From NCBI GenBank assembly GCA_049602795.1, contig JBMYRY010000001.1, forward strand, positions 1 through 27,077: DNA of 27,077 bases, in the 5' to 3' direction. Both the position numbers and the translations under genes were made by a program. The notes under the pieces are model-generated. The model searched no databases and was not told the origin of the DNA. It saw only the letters and a program-made list of their open reading frames with translations. This DNA is from Bradymonadia bacterium (GTDB taxonomy: Bacteria > Myxococcota_A > Bradymonadia > UBA7976 > UBA1532). Shown in pieces: positions 17,747 to 25,736 of the stretch (the stretch's first letter is position 1; each line of letters begins with the position of its first letter).

Positions 17747-17944
17747 ATGGCAAGTTTCAAGACCAGACCAGCATACTGTCCACTGTGTCAAAGACTCTAT
17801 CGCAAGCCGCCAAGTGATTATGTGTGTGTTGAAGATCACGGCGCCCTCATTGATATGGGCGATCCGCTGCCTAAGAGTGCTTTCATGTACCGCTTCAGAC
17901 ACAACCGGACTATGCGGATCCTATTGGGTCTCTCGGCACATTAA
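17747..17944 (+). CDS. Small hypothetical protein (65 aa) with a CPxC...CxxD zinc-ribbon-like motif
   Basis: Strong SD AGGAG (17734-17738) 8 nt before ATG 17747 (GTG at 17744 is an alternative). Motif YCPLCQRLY...YVCVEDHGAL. Fills an otherwise empty gap between two minus-strand genes. Confidence 0.62.
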   Translation: MASFKTRPAYCPLCQRLYRKPPSDYVCVEDHGALIDMGDPLPKSAFMYRFRHNRTMRILLGLSAH

Positions 17945-17950
17945 TACGAC

Positions 17951-18547
17951 CTAATCAGACGTCTTCGAGATCACTCGAATCTCATCCCCTACGCCAAATC
18001 CCCCCGACTTGACAACCGTCAACAGGACCCCTCGAATCCGCAAATTCTGTGCAGCATGTCGAAACGCGGGCTCACCAAATCGAGCTTTGAACTTAAGGCA
18101 AGGCGTATGAGGCTCCGCGCTCACCTCAAGATGGACAGTGCCAATTGCCAATTGACTCCCAACGGGCAAAGCAGTCTCGCTCAGATCAAAATCCACAAAT
18201 AAGTTATCACCCGACAGAACCACCGATTGACCGTTGGCGATGGTATACGCCACCATGGTATTCATTGCTGAAATCTGGTTACCAACATCGCGCTTACCTG
18301 TAGCCCATCGATCACCAAGAATGCCCTCCTCCACAGTGACGTTCGCTTCGGTGGGTTGACCGCGGGTACCATCCGCATAACGCACGACAATACCTGACAG
18401 CCTGTTCGGTTGCTGACTCAGAAGAGACGGACTAAGCTGAGCGACTGCCTCCGTAGACAAATGCGCGTCGGCATCAGGTATCCGACCACTAGGCGGATAT
18501 GGTCTGCATGCCCATTCATTGAGACGATGAGCGTCTATAGGAATCAT
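17951..18547 (-). CDS. MOSC domain-containing protein
   Basis: Motifs EEGILGDRW, GDNLFVDFDLS, LAIGTVHLEVS, conserved Cys in PHTPCLKF, RGVLLTVVKSG and VGD. The exact start is uncertain. Confidence 0.85.
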   Translation of the reverse strand: MIPIDAHRLNEWACRPYPPSGRIPDADAHLSTEAVAQLSPSLLSQQPNRLSGIVVRYADGTRGQPTEANVTVEEGILGDRWATGKRDVGNQISAMNTMVAYTIANGQSVVLSGDNLFVDFDLSETALPVGSQLAIGTVHLEVSAEPHTPCLKFKARFGEPAFRHAAQNLRIRGVLLTVVKSGGFGVGDEIRVISKTSD

Positions 18548-18579
18548 TAGTAGACCTTGAAAACGTACGGTTCTATCAT
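18547..18579 (-). CDS. Possible 10-aa upstream peptide MIEPYVFKVY coupled to the MOSC gene
   Basis: AAGGA about 10 nt upstream of ATG 18579. Its TAA overlaps the MOSC ATG (TAATG). It is short enough to be chance. Confidence 0.25.
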   Translation of the reverse strand: MIEPYVFKVY

Positions 18580-18594
18580 GTTCGCGACTTCCTT

Positions 18595-18609
18595 TCAGAC
18601 GTGTCTGAC
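18595..18609 (-). promoter_or_regulatory. GTCAGAC-AC-GTCTGA inverted repeat upstream of the MOSC gene
   Basis: Read on the minus strand: GTCAGACACGTCTGA-AAGGA. It lies in the 72-nt gap between the giant lipoprotein stop and the MOSC start. Confidence 0.3.
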
Positions 18610-18619
18610 GGTATTCGAC

Positions 18620-21600
18620 CTATTGAAGTTGAACATTCTTATAGATTGTCGCCTCACCCGGCAGGGCTGAATTTCCGCAGGATGCGACGCCTGGGTCTCC
18701 TCCACGGCCGTTAACGCCAATCGTATCCACATTTGTGCCCGTTCGAATGACCGATGCACTTGACGCCCCCCAAAAGCCGACGGAAGCACCGCCACGACCT
18801 GGCGCACCGCAGCCGCCTCGACCGCCGTTGCCACCACGCCCGCCATCGCCACCACAGACGCCATTACGACAGCTGCCAGCAAAACCGTTACCACCATTAC
18901 CGCCAGCACCACCATTACCGCCGTTACCTCCGCGACCGCCGCGTCCAATAATTAACGTGGAGTTATTCACACGTACGGTACTGTCATTGATGGCCACCCC
19001 CACACTCGGGGCCCCTGTTGAGCCGCCGAGACCGCCCGTGCCATAGCCACCGCCACCACCACCACGACCGCCATCGCCAGCACGATGAGAATCGAAGGCT
19101 GCATCACACCCGCCGCCACCACCGCCGCCGCCACCACCGCCGCCGGCGCGACCATTAGTGCCGTTCAAAGGCGGACCCGATGACCAGACTAAGGACTGAT
19201 TAAACGTTCCTGAACTTAGGGAGCCAGAGGGACTTGGACCCGATGCACCAATGATCCCAGAGAAACCATTACTACCTCGCCCGCCTTCACCGGAATCGCA
19301 CCACCAAAAGTTGTCGACGCTAATGCCACCAGCGCCGCCATTACCACCAGAACCTCCGCCACTTGCCCCATTTGCCCCGCGTGCCCCCGAAGAGCCATTC
19401 CCGACCTGACCTGCACCACCAACGCCGCCTCCGCCACCGCCCGGTGACCCACCACTACCGCCTGCGAACCCAGAAGCGCCAGGATTACCGGCAATGCCAC
19501 CTGACCCTCGGCCACCAGAGTTAACGGACAAGATGATACCGTTTAGGGACAAATGATCGTCCGAATTGCGGACCTTGATGCCAATATTGGGGTCATTTAG
19601 ACCGCGAGTACCAGTTGCTGCGATTCTCACATCATCAAATCGAGTCTCACGGGTTAGGTTTTCGACCACGAACACCGTCGCTGCCGTCGTATTTAGATGT
19701 GTGTTGAAACTGCTTGCCACTCGAGATTGATAGCTGTCAGTAAACCCACCAAAGATCTTGGCCCCATTAGGCACAGTGAGAGTACTACCCGTTGCATAGA
19801 CACCTTGCTCAATATAGATGTGATCCCTACCCAGATTTTGATCCATGGCAAAGAACGCCTGAGAGAGCGTAGGCAGTGGTTGGTCTGGTGTTAATCCACT
19901 ATTGCTGGCAATACCCGACAAACTGACAAAGACGGCTCGGTCAAGGGTACCAATGATGCCATCGCAATTCGTATCCAGTAAATCACCGGGCAAATCGTCA
20001 GCATTATAGCCAGCGATCTGAGTGTAGTCAGGTTCTTGGAATGACCCTTCTCCACAAATTTTAACCGCGCCTGAGCACACGCCCAATTGATTGTCTGCTA
20101 GACCTCCGGTGAGCGGTTCTCCCGTGGGTCCCTCATCCACAACCCCGTCACAATCATTGTCTAGTCCGTCGCAAGAGACCTCTACGGTTTCATGATTGGG
20201 CGCATCGGCGTAATTCGGCTCAATCTGACCCAATACACCACCACAAACCTTGGTCATGCCCTGACAAACTCCTTGCTGGTTATCGGCGAGATTCAATTGA
20301 ATGCCATCGTCAATCTCACCATCACAGTCGTTGTCTAACCCGTCACAGGTTGCTTCATTCGGTCCCGCCTCGTAGGTCTCAATCAAGGTATAATCAGGCT
20401 CACCAAATCCAGTCGGTCCATTACACACTTTGACTTGCCCTTCACAAACCCCAACGTTGAGGTCGGCAGGTGGTGCAACGAGGTTTTCATCCACCGCGTC
20501 ATCACAGTCATTATTGAGCCCATCACATAGGGTTTCCTCGTCAGCCTGATAGGCTGCAATGGCTGTATAATCTGGTTCTACCTGACCGTTGACACCATCA
20601 CATACCTTTAATGCCCCTAAACATACACCTCGCTGATTATCGGCGAGTTCAAAAGCAATCGATTCATCAGCAGCGCCATCGCAATCATTATCAGCACCAT
20701 CACAAACCGTTTCGGTCACTTGATAGTTGGGTATGGTTTCGTAGCTTGGCTCAATTAAGCCATTGATGCCCGCACACACTTTCACCGAGCCCAAACAAAC
20801 GCCCGCCTGTACATCCGCTAGCTGCGCCGTGAATGTCTCATCCACTTCACCATCACAATCGTTGTCTAATCCATCGCAACTCATTTCAGCGGAGTCCTCG
20901 AACAGCGGCACAGTATTCACATAATCGGGTTCAACAAAACCAGCAGCGCCCGCGCACACTCGACGGGCACCAAAACAGACACCGCGCTGTTTGTCAGAAA
21001 GCGGCAAGACCACATTTTCATCGGTCCGGTCATCGCAGTCATTGTCCACACCATCACACGTTGACTCATTGATTTCGTACGTTGCAATCTGAGTGTAGTC
21101 AGGCTCGCCAAACCCTTGAAATCCGTTACACACCTGACGACTGCCGAGACACACACCAACCTGCTTGCTCGCCAAAGGCGCAGTGATGCCTTCATCAATA
21201 TTCAAATCGCAGTCATTATTGAGACCATCACAGGTCACTTCTTCCGACTCGTAGGTTTGAATCAGCGCATAATCGGGTTCCACCTGACCCATCACGCCTG
21301 CACACACCTTTTGCGCGCCTTCACAGACCCCACGCTGAAGATCCGCAAGATTCAACGGTACATTCTCATCGGTTTCGCCATCACAATCGTTGTCTAAACC
21401 ATCGCAAATCGTCTCAATCCGGCGCTCGAAACCGACAATTTCTTCATAAGTCGGCTCTACAAAACCTTGTTCTCCCTCGCAGATACGCACGGCACCTGTG
21501 CACACACCTTCGGTCAATGATGCGGCGGGGGGCTCGATCATCTCATCAATCTGACCGTCACAATCGTTGTCTAAGCCATCGCAGGTGAGCTCTGCGTCAA

Positions 21601-23113
21601 CTTCCACGCTCATTCGTTGTGAACATTGCCACATTGCATCAATGCATACCGGCGCTGAATCAGCACACTCGCCAATCTGATTACACGCTAGATCCTCAGG
21701 TGCGAATGAGGGATCGATATTGTCATCGATCGACTCATTACAGTCATTATCGATCCCATCACATACTTCAGTCGCCCCGGCGTTGATGTCTGCGCTACCT
21801 TCATCACAGTCTAGACCGAGACACTCGCCTTCATTGCCGTAACCATCTCCGTCTTCGTCGACGCATGGATCGCAACTCGCCGCCTCGGGTATACAGAGTG
21901 GCACCTGTTGTCCATCGAGTACGACCTCGGTGCAGTCACTACCATCCGGACACTCCACGAGTGAACAATCCACAGCACATCGTTGAGACAATCCGATCTC
22001 CACACATCGATCAAACCCAAGTCCGCAAGCGGTATCAGCCTCGCAAAGATCACAGGCCGTCCCGAAATCAGGGACGCAGATGCGAACCGCGCCATTTTCT
22101 GAACCTCGAACGGCTCGACAAACATAATCTTGTTGGCAATCCTCATCCTCTTGACAAAATTCCGCGCAGACATCGACACCATTCAAGTCACGAATACAAT
22201 ATCCGGTGACACAATCATCATCATCTGAACATGGTTCGCCGGGCTGAGACGACACAGGATCAAAACCACATCCAGCCCCATCCTCTCCGGCAACCAAACA
22301 TGGCTTACCGCTCAATGAAATGAACACCGATGGCTCTAGTGAATTATTCTCAATGCGAATGCGACGCGTTCGCAGGTCAAGCGACATCGCATCCGCAACG
22401 AAGAAAACCGTGAATGTATATTGATCGCCGAATGCTAAAGCATTATCCGGTGCTTCCACCGGCTCACATTCGGCAGGCTCAGCCACATTGCCCGCGCATG
22501 CGACAAAACCGTCGACCACAGCCGAGCTTTCGCAGTCACCAGCCACATTGAGCAAACAAATCGTATTGACCTCTAGGGGAGCAAGACTCATTGACTCAAG
22601 CGTAACCGTTGCCCGCTGTGTTCGGTTGGGCGCCGCGTCAAAGAATTGAAGTTGCAAACCACTCTCATTCGTCGTGCCAATCGGTTCCGCACGGATGCGC
22701 ATGGAGGGATCAATGTCGGGTGTCTCCACCGCAACAGCCGTTTCGCGGCCATCCGCATCTGTAATCACGAGACGCCCGCGATCCGGGTTAGCGTCTATAG
22801 GCGTCCACTCAAGGACAATCAATTCACTGTCATTTGGCTCAATATAACGTTCACTCTGAAGGTCGTCTTGGTCCACCAAGAACAACTCTGTGCGACCATC
22901 ATCCTCCTCGATGCGAACACCTGTGATGGGCAAACGACCTCGCCCAGTATTCTGAAGCTCGACCTGCGCAAATACCGTTGTCTCATTTTCCATGAGACTT
23001 CTAAAACGAACCATTTCGGGTCGTACCGACAATTCACCCGTTTGCACCGATTGAATATCAGAGCATCCCGAGAGCATCATGAACGCCAGAAGTAATAACC
23101 GAAATCGATTCAT
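18620..23113 (-). CDS. Giant surface lipoprotein: Ig-like N-terminal domains, Cys-rich modules, 10-11 MopE-related (CDGxDNDCD) repeats, Gly-rich C-terminus
   Basis: SD GGGGAGG and lipobox MNRFRLLLLAFMMLSG-C. Ig-like segment VELQNTGRGRLPITGVRI. Motif CVDEDGDGYG...DCD...INAGATEVCDGIDNDC, tandem CDGLDNDCDG units, VFVS...G...QPLPTLSQA, and long GGxGGxGG tracts. Confidence 0.9.
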   Translation of the reverse strand: MNRFRLLLLAFMMLSGCSDIQSVQTGELSVRPEMVRFRSLMENETTVFAQVELQNTGRGRLPITGVRIEEDDGRTELFLVDQDDLQSERYIEPNDSELIVLEWTPIDANPDRGRLVITDADGRETAVAVETPDIDPSMRIRAEPIGTTNESGLQLQFFDAAPNRTQRATVTLESMSLAPLEVNTICLLNVAGDCESSAVVDGFVACAGNVAEPAECEPVEAPDNALAFGDQYTFTVFFVADAMSLDLRTRRIRIENNSLEPSVFISLSGKPCLVAGEDGAGCGFDPVSSQPGEPCSDDDDCVTGYCIRDLNGVDVCAEFCQEDEDCQQDYVCRAVRGSENGAVRICVPDFGTACDLCEADTACGLGFDRCVEIGLSQRCAVDCSLVECPDGSDCTEVVLDGQQVPLCIPEAASCDPCVDEDGDGYGNEGECLGLDCDEGSADINAGATEVCDGIDNDCNESIDDNIDPSFAPEDLACNQIGECADSAPVCIDAMWQCSQRMSVEVDAELTCDGLDNDCDGQIDEMIEPPAASLTEGVCTGAVRICEGEQGFVEPTYEEIVGFERRIETICDGLDNDCDGETDENVPLNLADLQRGVCEGAQKVCAGVMGQVEPDYALIQTYESEEVTCDGLNNDCDLNIDEGITAPLASKQVGVCLGSRQVCNGFQGFGEPDYTQIATYEINESTCDGVDNDCDDRTDENVVLPLSDKQRGVCFGARRVCAGAAGFVEPDYVNTVPLFEDSAEMSCDGLDNDCDGEVDETFTAQLADVQAGVCLGSVKVCAGINGLIEPSYETIPNYQVTETVCDGADNDCDGAADESIAFELADNQRGVCLGALKVCDGVNGQVEPDYTAIAAYQADEETLCDGLNNDCDDAVDENLVAPPADLNVGVCEGQVKVCNGPTGFGEPDYTLIETYEAGPNEATCDGLDNDCDGEIDDGIQLNLADNQQGVCQGMTKVCGGVLGQIEPNYADAPNHETVEVSCDGLDNDCDGVVDEGPTGEPLTGGLADNQLGVCSGAVKICGEGSFQEPDYTQIAGYNADDLPGDLLDTNCDGIIGTLDRAVFVSLSGIASNSGLTPDQPLPTLSQAFFAMDQNLGRDHIYIEQGVYATGSTLTVPNGAKIFGGFTDSYQSRVASSFNTHLNTTAATVFVVENLTRETRFDDVRIAATGTRGLNDPNIGIKVRNSDDHLSLNGIILSVNSGGRGSGGIAGNPGASGFAGGSGGSPGGGGGGVGGAGQVGNGSSGARGANGASGGGSGGNGGAGGISVDNFWWCDSGEGGRGSNGFSGIIGASGPSPSGSLSSGTFNQSLVWSSGPPLNGTNGRAGGGGGGGGGGGGCDAAFDSHRAGDGGRGGGGGGYGTGGLGGSTGAPSVGVAINDSTVRVNNSTLIIGRGGRGGNGGNGGAGGNGGNGFAGSCRNGVCGGDGGRGGNGGRGGCGAPGRGGASVGFWGASSASVIRTGTNVDTIGVNGRGGDPGVASCGNSALPGEATIYKNVQLQ
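19955..21770 (-). repeat. Coding tandem repeat: ten 58-60-aa units plus one degenerate unit
   Basis: The conserved NDC-encoding core recurs at about 20150, 20324, 20504, 20681, 20855, 21035, 21209, 21383, 21560 and 21740, giving spacings of 174-180 nt. Units differ at many synonymous and non-synonymous positions. Confidence 0.92.
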
Positions 23114-23281
23114 TCAAACACCTCCCCACAAACGAAACGAGAATCCATAACGCAGGTTAATGGCATGCATTACGCAGCCTCATTGAAACCCTTAATACAA
23201 TAGCGCTAAAGCTGAATTTGAGACTACACAAATCGCTCCGGCTCCATGCTGTCTTGAACGTGGAGGCGGGTGATGGACAAC

Positions 23282-24061
23282 TTACCGATAGTCTGCAAGC
23301 AGGTCACGAACTCGGTCGATGCGATCTTGAGTTGAAGGATGAGAGTCCCAAAGAGCCCCCCCCTGCTCGTTGCTTTCATCCAACGCCTTATTCAGAAACT
23401 CCAGAGCCCCGTCCGCATGCCCATAGGTCGCGAACATGATTTTGATGGCGAGCGCATCAGCTTCATGCTCCTGAGACTGAGAATAACGAGCAATCGCCAA
23501 ACCACTCAAATTCCCCAAAGTGGCATCTGATACGGATGAAACAAGAACGCCGAAGAGCATCAGAAGCAATCCGCGTCCCAACCGTTTGGTCACGTGCCGT
23601 CTCTGATGATGGGCAAGTTCATGCGCCAGTACGAAGGCAAGGCCTGAGTCGGTCTTGACCCAGTCAAATAATTTGGGAGACAGAGCAACTATCCCGCCAG
23701 GAATCGCAAAGGCATTGGGCGCGTCAAAATCAATCATCCTCAATTCGTAAGGTAGCTTTCTAAGATTAGGGTATGTCGTCAATTGCTTAAACACTGTCTT
23801 CGCGCGGTGCAAGTTCACGCCCTCTTCAGAGTCATCCCCATGACTCACTGCCGGATAGGCGCGTTCTAACGATCCAAGAAGAGCGACCTCTGTATCGTCG
23901 TCCATCCAAACAGCTGCGTAATCTACGAAATATCCCAAGGCAGCATAAGTAATGCCCAAAGCGGCCAAAAACGTCAGGAAGGCGACAATGAGACCCTGAT
24001 AGTCAGTGCGTCCTCGAGAAAGGTCGCGCGTTGCCTCAAGTCTCTTCGGCGTGAATTTCAT
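23282..24061 (-). CDS. M48-family zinc metallopeptidase with an N-terminal membrane anchor
   Basis: Motifs PNAFAIPGG, HExxH (LAHELAHH), third ligand in YSQSQEHEAD, and SHP...RI. Hydrophobic segment near the N-terminus. Confidence 0.92.
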   Translation of the reverse strand: MKFTPKRLEATRDLSRGRTDYQGLIVAFLTFLAALGITYAALGYFVDYAAVWMDDDTEVALLGSLERAYPAVSHGDDSEEGVNLHRAKTVFKQLTTYPNLRKLPYELRMIDFDAPNAFAIPGGIVALSPKLFDWVKTDSGLAFVLAHELAHHQRRHVTKRLGRGLLLMLFGVLVSSVSDATLGNLSGLAIARYSQSQEHEADALAIKIMFATYGHADGALEFLNKALDESNEQGGALWDSHPSTQDRIDRVRDLLADYR

Positions 24062-24530
24062 CTGATTGCCCTTCAGGGCTGTCTATCGCCGCACCATAGG
24101 TAATGGCAGTAGCGTAGGCAAGGACTTCGACCGTCCCCAGCGCTCGCTGTTGACTGCTTGAAATGCTACTCGTTTCCAAGCGGCAATTTGTGTAGATGTC
24201 CGCGTGGGGTGCCTGTTCCTTCATCCGCAGAATTGCTTCACGTCGTCCACGGTCTAACAGGGGTGAATACGTTGTGAGTTCGCCACCAAAAAGAATATGC
24301 CAGCCCGCCACAAACTGCTTAAAGTAGTCGATAGAAATCACCACCGATCCAACGACCATTTGACTGTTTGCAACCTCAAAACGCTCATCCCACAATTCTC
24401 CAGTCACGGCTGGTTGCTGTAGAAAGCCATCTTCACGACGCTTAATGGATCGATAATGCCTCGACTCAAAATATCGACCCGTAAACAGACCGAGTATGAG
24501 CAAAACAGTCGTAAGACCTAGTTCAAACAT
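24036..24530 (-). CDS. YbjQ/UPF0145-family protein with an N-terminal transmembrane helix
   Basis: N-terminal TM segment (LGLTTVLLILGLFTG), motifs VVGSVVISIDYFK, FGGELTTYSPLLDRGRREAILRM and EVLAYATA. Its start abuts the upstream stop and its end overlaps the M48 start by 26 nt. Confidence 0.88.
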   Translation of the reverse strand: MFELGLTTVLLILGLFTGRYFESRHYRSIKRREDGFLQQPAVTGELWDERFEVANSQMVVGSVVISIDYFKQFVAGWHILFGGELTTYSPLLDRGRREAILRMKEQAPHADIYTNCRLETSSISSSQQRALGTVEVLAYATAITYGAAIDSPEGQSDEIHAEET

Positions 24531-24872
24531 CTATTCGACCCGGACCGCCGTGCCATAGGCTAGAATCTCGGCCGCCCCCTGAGCGATAGACGATGTCGAC
24601 AAGCGCACATTGATCACTGCATTAGCACCGAGTTCCGCGGCCTGAGCACTCATTCGATTGAGCGCCTCATCACGTGACTCAGTCAACAACTCCGTGTATC
24701 CCGTCAATTCTCCACCAACAATGTTCTTGAATCCAGCGAGAATATCCTTTCCAAGATGCTTGGCACGGATTGTACTACCTTGGACGAGCCCATAATGCTC
24801 CACGATTGTTTTTCCCGGGACAGACTCCACATTGGTCAGAACAACTCGATTACTAAAGGAAGAATATTTCAC
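24531..24872 (-). CDS. ybjQ: YbjQ/UPF0145-family protein (soluble type)
   Basis: Motifs GLVQGSTIRAKHLGKDILAG, VGGELTGYTELL, A..LGANAVINVR and AEILAYGTAV. Start re-called at GTG 24872, which has AAGGAG 9 nt upstream; the ORF track extends the frame to 24974. Confidence 0.92.
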   Translation of the reverse strand: MKYSSFSNRVVLTNVESVPGKTIVEHYGLVQGSTIRAKHLGKDILAGFKNIVGGELTGYTELLTESRDEALNRMSAQAAELGANAVINVRLSTSSIAQGAAEILAYGTAVRVE

Positions 24873-24992
24873 GGCTAAGGACTCCTTAAAACACCAGTTC
24901 ATCGGTGATACATTACTCACTCTGACGTGAAAGCTGGCTTTAATCAAGAAAGTCAGAGGGGCCGAACAACTCAAGCCGTGCCCAACAGGATG

Positions 24993-25736
24993 TTACGGCT
25001 TTGACATTTGTCCCGTCGACAATTTCAACTCATCCCGGTTACGAACAATCTGAAAATAGGCCTTCATTCTTCGAAATCGAGCGAACCACGAATCATGGTT
25101 GCTTTCCCTGCTAGCGAACCGTGGAAAATGAATGAATGTCTTGATCTGGTCTTCCCCATACCGCTCGACGCCCACTTCCAATTTCAGGCGACTCGTTAAG
25201 TTCGGGTCATGGTGCACCAATGACTCGGTCAGTAGCAGATACTCATCCGAGTTAACCGAATTCTTCATCAGACGATGTGCAATGATGACATCATGACCTG
25301 CCAACTCAGTGAACTGAGCAACCTGCTTAATCAGAAAGTCCCCGTAATGGGCGAAAATCTTCACCTTCAGTTGTGTCATCTGCTGGCAACAATCACATAG
25401 GCAAGTCTGACAGAACATTAAGTCATGAACCCGTTGATTGAATGCATCAAACACCTTACTCAAGGTCTGAATCAGCGCACTCACTTCCTCTGCGCCACCG
25501 GCGGACTCACGGAAGAAAAAAATCGCATCGCCTTCCAATTTATTGAGGGTCAACGCATCGCCCACGCTATCAATCATCGTCTCCAACAGGTCGGTAATCA
25601 CAGTCTCTGCGTGTATCTGAGATGTGTTTGCCATTCTTTGACCAAGAAAAGGAATTTTGCCCATTTTATGAGAACGTACGAACGTCGTATAGCCACTGAT
25701 ATCTGCCAGCACCAAAAACCCTTTAGTTTCTCGCAT
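24993..25736 (-). CDS. DUF2652-family protein (class III nucleotide-cyclase-like fold)
   Basis: Motifs GFLVLADISGYTTF, KLEGDAIFF, CQTCLCDCC, LKVKIFAHYG and GHDVIIAHRLMKN. Start re-called at ATG 25736 after GAGGAG; the ORF track starts at 25772. Confidence 0.82.
   Translation of the reverse strand: MRETKGFLVLADISGYTTFVRSHKMGKIPFLGQRMANTSQIHAETVITDLLETMIDSVGDALTLNKLEGDAIFFFRESAGGAEEVSALIQTLSKVFDAFNQRVHDLMFCQTCLCDCCQQMTQLKVKIFAHYGDFLIKQVAQFTELAGHDVIIAHRLMKNSVNSDEYLLLTESLVHHDPNLTSRLKLEVGVERYGEDQIKTFIHFPRFASRESNHDSWFARFRRMKAYFQIVRNRDELKLSTGQMSKP

Noticed and set aside
17504-17902. 132-aa minus-strand ORF
   Set aside because: It overlaps the thioesterase start and the better-supported plus-strand small ORF, and has no clear SD or motif.
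18595-19515. Ala/Val-rich and Pro-rich ORFs (18595-18948, 18735-19046, 18967-19155, 19216-19515)
   Set aside because: They are alternative-frame or antisense read-outs of the Gly-rich tract of the giant lipoprotein.
18620-19520. PE-PGRS or collagen label for the Gly-rich region
   Set aside because: There is no PE domain and no sustained Gly-X-Y register; the similarity is compositional only.
20140-21770. Regularly spaced DNA repeats considered as a CRISPR array or mobile repeat
   Set aside because: The period is 174-180 nt, always a multiple of three, the copies are degenerate at wobble positions, and no cas genes are present. These are protein repeats.
23161-23176. Sigma-54-like -24/-12 pattern TGGCATG-N4-ACGCA
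   Set aside because: GG and GC are correctly spaced, but the -12 element is poor and the motif points away from the lipoprotein gene, into the antisense of the M48 gene.
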